Shown here piece by piece: positions 18,658 through 28,199 of a stretch of 64,000 nucleotides of DNA (position 1 is its first letter; every line of letters starts with the position of its first letter). The DNA comes from Promethearchaeia archaeon. Lineage in GTDB: Archaea > Asgardarchaeota > Lokiarchaeia > Sigyniarchaeales > SOKP01. The stretch lies in assembly GCA_029856155.1 (NCBI GenBank), contig JAHQWL010000007.1, positions 1 to 64,000 on the forward strand. Direction: 5' to 3'. The position numbers and the translations under genes are program-made. The notes under the pieces are model-generated. The model was not told the DNA's origin. It did not search any database and worked only from the letters and a program-made list of their open reading frames with translations.

Positions 18658-18741
18658 TTTTTTATTCCTCCAATAATGTTTTAAAAATGATTTAAATAAA
18701 ATTATATTTTAAATATTAATCTGTCTTCCTTATTTTTAAAC

Positions 18742-18763
18742 TTTAAGATCAGATCATCTTAAA
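18742..18763. promoter_or_regulatory. Inverted repeat in the histone/GH2 divergent promoter
   Basis: TTTAAGAT-CAGATC-ATCTTAAA with perfect 8-bp arms. Confidence 0.4.
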
Positions 18764-18911
18764 CGATGAATAATAACTCCCTAAATGCAATTTTTATGAT
18801 ACCAAATTTTCGTAAAAATAGGGGCAGATTTCAAAAGTAATCATAAATTTAGTAAGATATAATAAATTACATATTGGAAATAATTGAATTAGTTATTAAA
18901 TTAGGGATCTT

Positions 18912-20720
18912 TTGATGAAAGCTATTTCTCTTAATGGAAAATGGAAATGCAAATCTGATGTTGAGAATATTGGTATTGAAAATAAATGGCACATGTCAGA
19001 AAATTATAATCTTAATGATAATAATTTAAAGGATATTGAAATTCCTAAAAGTTATAATTTTTTAAAAGGATTTGAGAACTTTGAAGGCATTTTTTGGCAC
19101 TTTTATCAATTTGAATTAAATGAAGAAACAGATCTTAATGCTAATGATTATCAAATTAGGTTTAAAGGTGCTAATTATAATTCGAAAATATGGTTAAATA
19201 GTAAATTTTTAGGTGAGCACAATGGAGGATTTACACCCTTCTCTTTTATCGTTAATAATTTGATTAAAGAAAGAAATAATTTTCTCGTCGTTCGAATTGA
19301 AAATACAAGAAAAAGAGATCAAATACCAGCTATGTCATTTGATTGGTTTAATTGGGGTGGAATCTACCGAGACGTTGATTTATTAATCTTACATAAGAAT
19401 AGGTTAAATAATGTCTCTATAAAAACTATATTAACTACAAAACAAAAGAGTAGAGTTGAAGTCTCCTATAATATAAAAGGGGAAGTTTTATTGAAATGGC
19501 AGATATTTGATAGTACCAAAACATATATTTTACATGAAGGAATTTCTCTTGAGAGATCTGGGAAAGGTGGGTTTAATTTAATTATAAATAATCCTAAATT
19601 ATGGACTCCAAACACACCTAATCTATATTATTTAAGAATTTATGATATTTCTCAAAAAAGTAAAGAATTATTAATTTTTAATACCCATTTTGGCATACGC
19701 CAAATTGAAATCAAGGGTATCAATTTAATTTTAAATAAAAAAAGAATTTTTTTGAAAGGTGCGAGTTTGCATGAAGAATACATGCCCTACGGAAGAACAA
19801 TTCCATATGAGAAGCGAAAAGAAGATGTCAGTAATTTGAAATCTCTTGGATTTAATGCTATTAGAACTGCTCATTATTCTCATGATGAAGATTTAATTGA
19901 TATCGCAGATAAGGTAGGTATATTAATACTTGAAGAAATTCCTGTATATTGGTCGTGTGATTTCAAAAATCCTCAAACTTATGAAACCGCAGCAAACATG
20001 TTGACAGAACTTATTTGGCGAGATATCAATCATCCATCTGTGATTTGGTGGAGTGTGGGAAATGAAGTTCCATTACATAAAAAGACCTGTTCAAAATTTA
20101 TTAAATCCTTGATGAATTTAGCGAGAGCAATTGATAAAACTAGACTCGTGACAGTTGTTTCTCGGAAAATAATCCCTGATTTAACAAGGAAATCGGTGGA
20201 TATTGCTACGATAAATTCTTATTTTGGTTGGTATTTTGGACACGTAAAAATGATAAGTTTTGTCTTAGATTTAATCAGAACCCCTGTTTTTAATAAACCA
20301 TGGATTTATACAGAATTTGGAGCAGGGGCAAAATATGGATTCCATGCTGATTGGAATAAACAGGTAAAATTTAGTGAAGAAAAGCAATTGCAAGTATTAG
20401 ATTATACCATTAGAACTATTAATTCAAAAGACCACTTTGCTGGTTGGTTCATTTGGATTTATAGGGATTTTCGAGCACCTAAACGACTAAATAAATTCCA
20501 ACAAGGATATAATAGAAAAGGTATTGTTAGTGGGGAACATAATGAAAAAAAGCTAATCTATTATAGATTTCCAAAGATTATAAGTGAAAAAAGAAAGACC
20601 TATAATACAAAAATACTAGGTATCCTATTATGGATTATTTTTTTTCCATTGTCGTATCTTCTTTTCACGCGAATGATTGATCAATTTTTAGAATATCGCG
20701 TTAAAAAAGAGAAGTTTTAG
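18912..20720 (+). CDS. GH2 beta-glucuronidase-like glycosidase with C-terminal hydrophobic helix
   Basis: FDWFNWGGIYRDV, NAIRTAHY, WSVGNE (acid/base), TEFGAGA (nucleophile) and NRKG (GUS N-K motif). ATG at 18915 is an alternative start. Confidence 0.88.
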   Translation: MMKAISLNGKWKCKSDVENIGIENKWHMSENYNLNDNNLKDIEIPKSYNFLKGFENFEGIFWHFYQFELNEETDLNANDYQIRFKGANYNSKIWLNSKFLGEHNGGFTPFSFIVNNLIKERNNFLVVRIENTRKRDQIPAMSFDWFNWGGIYRDVDLLILHKNRLNNVSIKTILTTKQKSRVEVSYNIKGEVLLKWQIFDSTKTYILHEGISLERSGKGGFNLIINNPKLWTPNTPNLYYLRIYDISQKSKELLIFNTHFGIRQIEIKGINLILNKKRIFLKGASLHEEYMPYGRTIPYEKRKEDVSNLKSLGFNAIRTAHYSHDEDLIDIADKVGILILEEIPVYWSCDFKNPQTYETAANMLTELIWRDINHPSVIWWSVGNEVPLHKKTCSKFIKSLMNLARAIDKTRLVTVVSRKIIPDLTRKSVDIATINSYFGWYFGHVKMISFVLDLIRTPVFNKPWIYTEFGAGAKYGFHADWNKQVKFSEEKQLQVLDYTIRTINSKDHFAGWFIWIYRDFRAPKRLNKFQQGYNRKGIVSGEHNEKKLIYYRFPKIISEKRKTYNTKILGILLWIIFFPLSYLLFTRMIDQFLEYRVKKEKF

Positions 20721-20747
20721 TTTTTAATCTAGAAATAAAATTTATGC

Positions 20748-21779
20748 TTGCGAAAAAAATTGAAAGAAGTAATTTACTCAAAAGCCCCAGTGCGAATATG
20801 TGATATTGGAGGTTGGACTGATACATGGTTCTATCCAAAAGGTGCTGTTTTTAGTATTAGTATTGATCTGTGTAGTCATGTTAGGGTCTTCCCAAATTCT
20901 TCAAAAAAAATTAATATTTATTCAGAGAATCTTAGTTTACATACAGAAATCCAAGATTTTCATGAAATTAAGTATGACGGAAACCTTGATTTATTAAAAG
21001 CAGCAGTAAAAAGAATGGAGATTGAGATAGGTATGGATATTTATATTAAAGCAGAAGCACCTTCTGGTTGTGGAACTGGAACAAGTGCCAGTGTGGCGGT
21101 AGCTTTAATAGCTGCATTAACTCATTTCTCACATAAAAAACTAGATCAAGGTGGTATTGCAGAATTAGCTCATAAACTTGAGATAGATGAATTAAAGTTA
21201 GAAAGTGGAGTCCAAGATCAGTATGCTGCAGCTTACGGGGGAGTAAACTTTATGGAGATCGAATACCCTTCGGTAAAAATATCTCCGTTATATATTAATA
21301 ATGATAGACTAAGAGAACTTGAAAATCAATTGATTTTAATCTATTTAAGTTCAAGAAGTTCAAATGTAATGCATAAAGCTGTAATTGATAATTACAAACA
21401 AGGTGATGACTCTACATTAAGATCTCTGGAAATCATAAAGAATTGTGCTTATGAAATGAGAGAAGCAATTAATTCAAAGAATCTTGATTTAATCGGAAAG
21501 GTTATGAATAAAAATTGGGAAGCTCAAAAGAACTTACATCCTCTCATGGTTAATCCAATTATTAAGAAAGTAGAAAAAATCGCAAAACAATATGGTGCAA
21601 TAGGTTTTAAATTAAATGGTGCTGGAGGGGGCGGATCAGCTACAATCTTAGCGGCAATAGGATCCGAATACAAACTAAAAGCAAAAATAAAAGAAGTAGG
21701 GTTCCAAACACTCCCAGTAAAATTAAACTTTAAAGGTGTTCAAACCTGGACAGCTGATTTAGATAAAATTAATTTTTAA
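20748..21779 (+). CDS. GHMP-family sugar kinase (HddA/glucuronokinase-like)
   Basis: APVRICDIGGWTD, PSGCGTGTSAS, GVQDQYAAAYGG, KLNGAGGGG. Confidence 0.88.
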   Translation: MRKKLKEVIYSKAPVRICDIGGWTDTWFYPKGAVFSISIDLCSHVRVFPNSSKKINIYSENLSLHTEIQDFHEIKYDGNLDLLKAAVKRMEIEIGMDIYIKAEAPSGCGTGTSASVAVALIAALTHFSHKKLDQGGIAELAHKLEIDELKLESGVQDQYAAAYGGVNFMEIEYPSVKISPLYINNDRLRELENQLILIYLSSRSSNVMHKAVIDNYKQGDDSTLRSLEIIKNCAYEMREAINSKNLDLIGKVMNKNWEAQKNLHPLMVNPIIKKVEKIAKQYGAIGFKLNGAGGGGSATILAAIGSEYKLKAKIKEVGFQTLPVKLNFKGVQTWTADLDKINF

Positions 21780-21835
21780 AATTTATAAAAATTGAAAAGT
21801 CAGTGCTTTTTATAGTTATTTTTTAATAGTTAATC

Positions 21836-22636
21836 ATGGGAATACAAGATCAACTACCCTTGTCTTCAATAATTAAAAGATCGTATGAGAATATTAACAT
21901 TCATAATATATTCATATTTAATAGATCTGGTGTTTGTTTTTATGGCAAAAATTTTACAGATTATTTTAAAGTTGAGAAAAATCTTGTTTCTCCCTTTATC
22001 ACTGCTTTAATGTCCTTTTCTAAAGAAATGATTGGTAAAAAATTTAAAACATTGGAAATGGGTGATGTAAAATTCGTAATTTTTGAAAAGGGCTCATTGA
22101 ATTATAATATTTTATGTGATACAATAGAAAATGAAAACTTTTTAGAGGAATTAATTTCAAAAATTAATAAACGACTTTCTACCTACATAGTTAAAAAGAA
22201 GATTAATATAGATGAACAAATAGTATTTGACAGTAAATTAAATGAAGTTATTGAGGAAATTATTGACGATGCATTTAGTAATGAGTTCAATTTAAAGACG
22301 GAAAAACATATTATAGAATATATGAAAAAAATATCCAGATTTGACGAGATAGATGGCACTATTCTTTTAACTGACAGAGGAAAAGTAATATATTCTTCCT
22401 ATAACAAACTAGATTTAAAAAACTTTTTAAAAGAAGTTGAATTTCGTGTTAAAATTCATAATAATTCCATTTTAAAGCTCTTTTATACATTAAAAGATAA
22501 AAGATTTATATTTTCAGAATATGTTCAGAGTAAATATTTCATAATATTAGTTTTTGATTCACATGTTAAATTTGGAATGGCGGAACATTATTTAAGCCGT
22601 ATTGTAAATTCTGTTAAAAAGATTCTTTTAAATTAA
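21836..22636 (+). CDS. Longin-like plus roadblock-like two-domain protein
   Basis: IFIFNRSGVCFY..LVSPFITALMSFSKEM is longin-like; EIDGTILLTDRGKVIYSS is roadblock/profilin-like. Confidence 0.65.
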   Translation: MGIQDQLPLSSIIKRSYENINIHNIFIFNRSGVCFYGKNFTDYFKVEKNLVSPFITALMSFSKEMIGKKFKTLEMGDVKFVIFEKGSLNYNILCDTIENENFLEELISKINKRLSTYIVKKKINIDEQIVFDSKLNEVIEEIIDDAFSNEFNLKTEKHIIEYMKKISRFDEIDGTILLTDRGKVIYSSYNKLDLKNFLKEVEFRVKIHNNSILKLFYTLKDKRFIFSEYVQSKYFIILVFDSHVKFGMAEHYLSRIVNSVKKILLN

Positions 22637-22680
22637 CGGATTTCTAATTTTAAAATAGCCCAACTAATTATTTAAGTTTT

Positions 22681-22719
22681 GAAATCTTAATCACAATTTA
22701 GAAATCTTAGAATAAGATT
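22681..22719. promoter_or_regulatory. Direct plus inverted repeat upstream of rubrerythrin
   Basis: GAAATCTTA at 22681 and 22701; AATCTTA-GAA-TAAGATT palindrome at 22703-22719. Confidence 0.4.
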
Positions 22720-22795
22720 CAAATTTATGATTTATAAAAACCAAGTTAAAAAATCTCCTAATATAAACATAAAGTAAAAATTAATGTGAAAAGTT

Positions 22796-23299
22796 ATGTC
22801 AAAAACAGAAGAAGGTTTAAAAGAAGCATTTGCTGGGGAATCACAAGCAAACCGTAAATATTTAGCTTTTGCTCAAAAGGCAGATCAAGAAGGTTTTCCT
22901 CAAATAGCCAAGTTATTTAGAGCTGCTGCAGCTGCAGAAACAGTTCATGCCCATAATCATCTAAGAGTTCTTGGAGGGATTAAGTCAACAAAAGAAAATA
23001 TCCATGCTGCTATAGAAGGCGAGCATCACGAATTTACAAAAATGTATCCTGAGTTTCTGGAAGCTGCTAAAAAAGAAGGAAACAAGGATGCAGAAAGAAC
23101 ATTTAATTATGCTAATGAAGTAGAAAAAGTTCACCACAAATTATATTCTACCGCTCTCGAAGCAGTTGAGAATGGCAAGGATTTAGAGAAAAAAGACATA
23201 TATATATGTCCTGTCTGTGGATATACTCATGCAGGAGATCTACCGGATACTTGTCCGGTTTGTGGGGCCGCAAAAAAAGTTTTTAAACAAATTACTTAA
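22796..23299 (+). CDS. rbr: Rubrerythrin
   Basis: AFAGESQANRKY, ETVHA, EKVHH and C-terminal rubredoxin CPVCG...CPVCG. Confidence 0.96.
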   Translation: MSKTEEGLKEAFAGESQANRKYLAFAQKADQEGFPQIAKLFRAAAAAETVHAHNHLRVLGGIKSTKENIHAAIEGEHHEFTKMYPEFLEAAKKEGNKDAERTFNYANEVEKVHHKLYSTALEAVENGKDLEKKDIYICPVCGYTHAGDLPDTCPVCGAAKKVFKQIT

Positions 23300-23333
23300 T
23301 TTTTTTTTATTTTTTATTTCAAGTCTCATTATT

Positions 23334-24923
23334 TTATATAATCCAAGGGCTATAACATTCTTTTATTTTTAATAGATAATCATTTAGAGAGAACTTTAAT
23401 ACTTTTTCTGCTTTTTGTAAACTATTAAATTTCGCTCCATTATTATAATATTCTAAAAGTAATTCAGAAACCTGTTGATCTCCTAAGGAAATCATTGTTT
23501 GGAGTCTGGCATTTTTAATAATTGATTTAAAATTTTTAAATCTTAACTTTATTGAAGCGATATTCTTAAGTTCCTGTTCCAATTTCTGATACTTCTTTAT
23601 AAATTCAATTATCTTTTCATTTAAATAGAAATATATCTCTTTTTCATATGGAGTATTAAGTTTTGGAATAAAAGGGTTAATATTTATTCTCAACGAATTC
23701 TTTGTAAATCCTAGTTGATCTATTGATTTCAATAAATTAATAATTGCATCAATATCTTTATCTTTTTCATCGGGCAATCCAATTAGAAAATAAAATTTTA
23801 CATTTTTAATTTGAGAATCTTTAATTTGAGTTAAAATTGAAACGATTTTTTCATTTGAAATTTTTTTTCCAATGTTATATCTTAATCGTTCTGAACCGGC
23901 TTCTGGTGCAATTGTGATTGTCTTTATTTCCGCTTTTTCAAATAGTTTAATTATATCTTTAGTTAAATGCTCAACTCGAATTGAAGGAACAACTAATCTT
24001 TTACCATTATCTATTATATATTGGCAAATTTGCTCAAATTTAGGATGTGATGATACACACGATCCTATAAGACTAATTGTTTCAAATTTAGAATATTTTA
24101 TACTTGTTCGAATAGAATTAATTATGTTTTCATAACTTCTGTTCCGGAATGGATGATTATGAAAAGAAGAGATGCAAAATTTGCACTGAAATGGACAACC
24201 ACGGTTTATTTCTATAAAAAAATAATTTTCAAAAATGGATTCTCTACTTGGTTGATTAGAAATTAATTGAAAAATAGGTGTTGGTGACATATCAAGATCT
24301 TTAAGTACAACTCTTTTTGTATTATTTTGAAGAGCAGGAATAAAAAGCCCTTCTATATTTTTTGCTTTTTCTAAAAATTCTTTAAAATTTATTTTTTGAC
24401 TATTATAAACTTGATACAAATCAAAGAAAAATTTTAAATTTTGTTCTGAATCCCCGATAAATAAAATATCAAAGAATTTACTCAACGGAATTGGGTTTGA
24501 GGTGACTATTGGACCTCCAGCTATTATTAAAGGAACCTTAGTTTTATCATTACAGATCATTTTTAGACGTTCTTGAAAAGTCATGGGAATCTCTGCCTTT
24601 TCTAATATCCATAATACATTTTTAAAATCGTTTTCATAATGTAATGAAAATCCTAGAATATCAAAATCTTCTGGTAATATTTTATTTTCTAGGGATCTCA
24701 AATTACTCTTTGAAGAATAATCTTTAGAGGCAGGAAATTTCATATATAAATTATCAGGAAGAAAAATCCGTTCACAGGCAATATTATCTAAAGAATTTAT
24801 TAAAAAATAAAGAAGTCTAATAGAATATGAGGACATACCAAGTGTATATTTATTTGGGTAAATTAATCCGAAGGAAATATCAATTTTGCGCCAATCCTTA
24901 ACTATAACATTCTCTGTAATCAT
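23334..24923 (-). CDS. Radical SAM protein with B12-binding-like N-terminal domain
   Basis: YPNKYTLGMSS, AGGP...NPIP, RGCPFQCKFC, APEAGSERLR. Confidence 0.88.
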   Translation of the reverse strand: MITENVIVKDWRKIDISFGLIYPNKYTLGMSSYSIRLLYFLINSLDNIACERIFLPDNLYMKFPASKDYSSKSNLRSLENKILPEDFDILGFSLHYENDFKNVLWILEKAEIPMTFQERLKMICNDKTKVPLIIAGGPIVTSNPIPLSKFFDILFIGDSEQNLKFFFDLYQVYNSQKINFKEFLEKAKNIEGLFIPALQNNTKRVVLKDLDMSPTPIFQLISNQPSRESIFENYFFIEINRGCPFQCKFCISSFHNHPFRNRSYENIINSIRTSIKYSKFETISLIGSCVSSHPKFEQICQYIIDNGKRLVVPSIRVEHLTKDIIKLFEKAEIKTITIAPEAGSERLRYNIGKKISNEKIVSILTQIKDSQIKNVKFYFLIGLPDEKDKDIDAIINLLKSIDQLGFTKNSLRININPFIPKLNTPYEKEIYFYLNEKIIEFIKKYQKLEQELKNIASIKLRFKNFKSIIKNARLQTMISLGDQQVSELLLEYYNNGAKFNSLQKAEKVLKFSLNDYLLKIKECYSPWII

Positions 24924-24960
24924 ATAAAAAAACTTTAAAATCTAATTTTACAAAAATTGA

Positions 24961-25761
24961 CTAAACATCAGTTTCAGAGTCGTCCTCTGCTCTAATTATC
25001 TTAATTTCTTTTACAATTAATGGTAAAACAATTCCCGTCTTATTATTAATCACAATTTCAGCACGATCATCTAAATAGGTAGGTTCATCGTTAACAATGA
25101 TTAATTTTCCTCCTTCACTTAAAGTATAAAGAGGTAAATCACATATAGGTGCTACAGTGAGTGAAGATCCTGCTATTAACATAATATCAGCTTTCTTAGC
25201 TAAATCTATCGACATATATTTTTCAAAATTGGGCAGACTTTCTCCAAATAATACTACTGAAGGTTTTAAAGGTGCAGCACAATAATCACATAAAGGATTT
25301 CTTTCCTTTTTTATCTTACGTAATATTTGTTCTTTATTATAACTTGCACGACATCCTAGACAAGTAAATCTATTTATATTACCATGCACTTCATATATAA
25401 TAATAGATCCTGATTTTTGATGTAATTCATCTATATTTTGTGTAATTATCGCTTTAAGTATATTCATTTTCTCTAGAGCAGCAACTGCATAATGACCAGG
25501 ATTTGGTTCTGCACTGAATAAAGTTGGTGCAATTTCTTCAGCCATTTTCCAAAATTTTGATGGATCATTTAAAAATGACTGTATACTTCCATAAATTTTT
25601 GGTTTATATTTTTGCCAAATTCCACTTTCCCCTCTAAAGTCAGGAATTCCCGATTCTGTGGAAATTCCTGCACCCGTTAACACAACAGCATTTTTAGCAT
25701 TTAATAATAATATAGCCGCTTTTTGAATACTTTCTCTTTCTATCAGTTCTAATGAATCCAT
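24961..25761 (-). CDS. cobB: Sir2-family NAD-dependent deacylase
   Basis: TGAGISTESGIPDFRG, TQNIDELH, HG, CxxC..CxxC, KPSVVLFGE. Confidence 0.95.
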   Translation of the reverse strand: MDSLELIERESIQKAAILLLNAKNAVVLTGAGISTESGIPDFRGESGIWQKYKPKIYGSIQSFLNDPSKFWKMAEEIAPTLFSAEPNPGHYAVAALEKMNILKAIITQNIDELHQKSGSIIIYEVHGNINRFTCLGCRASYNKEQILRKIKKERNPLCDYCAAPLKPSVVLFGESLPNFEKYMSIDLAKKADIMLIAGSSLTVAPICDLPLYTLSEGGKLIIVNDEPTYLDDRAEIVINNKTGIVLPLIVKEIKIIRAEDDSETDV

Positions 25762-25944
25762 TTTTTATTTGAATTATAATGATTAAGATGTTAATGTATT
25801 CAATTTTAATAAAATTTATACTTATAGATTAAATCAATAAAATCTTCAAGTATCGCTATATTTTTTTTAGTAAGAAATCTAAAAAAATTAATATATTCGA
25901 TAATTCTATCATTTATAAAAGCTAACTTCTTAAAGTTTTTCTAC

Positions 25945-26841
25945 ATGATCTCTTCTTTCAGTATAATCTTAGAGAATGATGTTTTATATTGTTCAGATGA
26001 AAATAAATACAAAGCATTCGAAATAGTGTTATTTGTAGAAAAACTCATGAAATTTTTTCGATGGCGACTAAAAAATATATGTTTGAAAAGTAGAAAAAAA
26101 AAAAGAGAACGCATTATCGTTGAGCACGTTATTACAAATGCAGGTCAGAATTTATTCTTTTGTTGTGTAGGTAATTTTAGCGTAGGATCACAGGAATCTT
26201 TTAAAATGCTAAAAGAATTTCGCAATCAAGTAAAAACTCAATATAAGGATCTTGCTCGATTAAAGTTTGCTTCAGAAGAACCTACGTTCAAACAAGTTAT
26301 AAATTTAATAATAGAGTATTTAAAAGACAAGTATTTAGATCTTTTAGAAGAAGAAATTATTTATGATAAAGATAATAATAATGTAGGAAATGAGATATTA
26401 TATGCGGGCATTTCTGCTCAAGGATTACCAATTATTTCTCAACTATATGATAATAATCTATTGAGTACTTTACAAAGAGAAAAAACTTTTGAAAATATAG
26501 AATTATTTAGTTCAGATCTTTCAGCGAAACTAGCAACGATTTCTATGAACACCCAAATCCGTGCTAAAACAAAAATAAAAGAGATCCATTTAGATGATAC
26601 ATCTAATCGTGAAATTCATAATAGTAAAAAAGTTATATTATTTGGAAATATTAATGGTTATTCAATAGATTTCATAGCTACTGGTAATTTTTATAAAATA
26701 AAATTGGTTTTTAAACAACTTAAGGCAAAAATGGCTTTAGATTCGGCTTTTAAAAATGAATTTTCAGGAGATTTAAGACCGTTTAAACATTTAAAATTTT
26801 ATCTTGATGAAGTTGTAAAAGAATTTGACCAAATAAATTAA
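25945..26841 (+). CDS. Tandem longin-like domain protein (Asgard)
   Basis: Two beta-beta-alpha-beta3-alpha units; the second has ILYAGISAQGLPII and C-terminal FSGDLRPF. Confidence 0.55.
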   Translation: MISSFSIILENDVLYCSDENKYKAFEIVLFVEKLMKFFRWRLKNICLKSRKKKRERIIVEHVITNAGQNLFFCCVGNFSVGSQESFKMLKEFRNQVKTQYKDLARLKFASEEPTFKQVINLIIEYLKDKYLDLLEEEIIYDKDNNNVGNEILYAGISAQGLPIISQLYDNNLLSTLQREKTFENIELFSSDLSAKLATISMNTQIRAKTKIKEIHLDDTSNREIHNSKKVILFGNINGYSIDFIATGNFYKIKLVFKQLKAKMALDSAFKNEFSGDLRPFKHLKFYLDEVVKEFDQIN

Positions 26842-26882
26842 CCACCTAAAATATTAATAATGCGCTTTTTTTATAAATAATA

Positions 26883-28175
26883 ATGAAAGCTGTTATTCTT
26901 GCTGCGGGAGAAGGAAATAGGTTAAGACCTATTACGTCAACTCGTCCTAAGCCTTTGATACCTATTGCTGGAAAACCATTACTAGAACATACCATTATAG
27001 GTTTAAAGGAAGCGGGAATAGAAGAAATCTTACTTATTGTAGGGTATAAAGAAGATTTAATTAAAGATTATTTCGACAATGGGATTGATAAATATAATAT
27101 TAAAATAGAATATTTGACGCAAGAAGAATATCTAGGTACAGCTCACGCAGCTGGATATGCGAAAGAATTTGTAGGAGACGAAAAATTCTTATTAATGTAT
27201 GGCGATTTATTAGTTGATCCGAATTTATTTAAAGAAGTATTAAATAAATTTGAAGCCTCTAAAGCTGAAGGGTTAATTTCACTGCTGGAAGTGAATAACC
27301 CACGGGAATTTGGAATCATTTCATTAAACCCTGAAGGTTTCGTTGAAAGAATAACAGAGAAACCTCCTCCTGAATTAAACCGGGGTAACCTTGCAAACGC
27401 GGGAATTTATGTATTTGATTCCATGATTTTTAAAGCCATTGATAAGACTAAAAAATCGATTAGGAATGAATTTGAATTCACAGATTCAATGAAAATTTTA
27501 ATTAAACAATTAAATGGAAAAATAGTGGGATACCTTATAAAAGACGATTTTTGGAGCGATATTGGCTTACCTTGGCAATTATTAGAAGCAAACAATTATC
27601 TCTTAGATAAATTAAAAGGAAATATTTTAGGTAATATTGAAGAAAATGTTTATATCTCTGGAGATGTCTTTATAGGAAACGGTACACAAGTAAGAGCTGG
27701 TAGTTATATTCAAGGCCCTTGTTATATAGGAGAAAATAATATAATAGGGCCTAATGCGTTTATACGTCCCTATACCTCAATTGAAAATGATTGCCATATC
27801 GGAATGTGTGAAGTAAAAAACTCATTAATTTTTTCCAATACGTTTGTTCCACATTTTAATTATATTGGAGATTCTATTTTATGTGAAAATATTAAACTTG
27901 GTGCAGGTACTAAAATATCAAACTTGCGATTTGATAATAAAACTATAAAAATGAAAATTAAGGAAAAATTAGTGGACTCTGGTCGACGAAAACTGGGAGC
28001 AATAATTGGTCCTAACTCTCAGACGGGAATCAATGCCAGTATAATGTGTGGGAAAAAGATAGGTGAAAATTCGATTATTGGGGCAAACACATTAGTTAAT
28101 GAGGATGTACCATCAAATGTACTATATTATCAGGATTCTAACGGAAATATAAAAAGAGTAAACAATCCTTTTTAA
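26883..28175 (+). CDS. glmU: Archaeal bifunctional sugar-1-P nucleotidylyltransferase/acetyltransferase
   Basis: LAAGEGNRLRP...RPKPL, LGTAHA, EKP, left-handed beta-helix and SGRRKLGA. Confidence 0.92.
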   Translation: MKAVILAAGEGNRLRPITSTRPKPLIPIAGKPLLEHTIIGLKEAGIEEILLIVGYKEDLIKDYFDNGIDKYNIKIEYLTQEEYLGTAHAAGYAKEFVGDEKFLLMYGDLLVDPNLFKEVLNKFEASKAEGLISLLEVNNPREFGIISLNPEGFVERITEKPPPELNRGNLANAGIYVFDSMIFKAIDKTKKSIRNEFEFTDSMKILIKQLNGKIVGYLIKDDFWSDIGLPWQLLEANNYLLDKLKGNILGNIEENVYISGDVFIGNGTQVRAGSYIQGPCYIGENNIIGPNAFIRPYTSIENDCHIGMCEVKNSLIFSNTFVPHFNYIGDSILCENIKLGAGTKISNLRFDNKTIKMKIKEKLVDSGRRKLGAIIGPNSQTGINASIMCGKKIGENSIIGANTLVNEDVPSNVLYYQDSNGNIKRVNNPF

Positions 28176-28199
28176 TTTTTTTCTATATAGCTCTATTTC

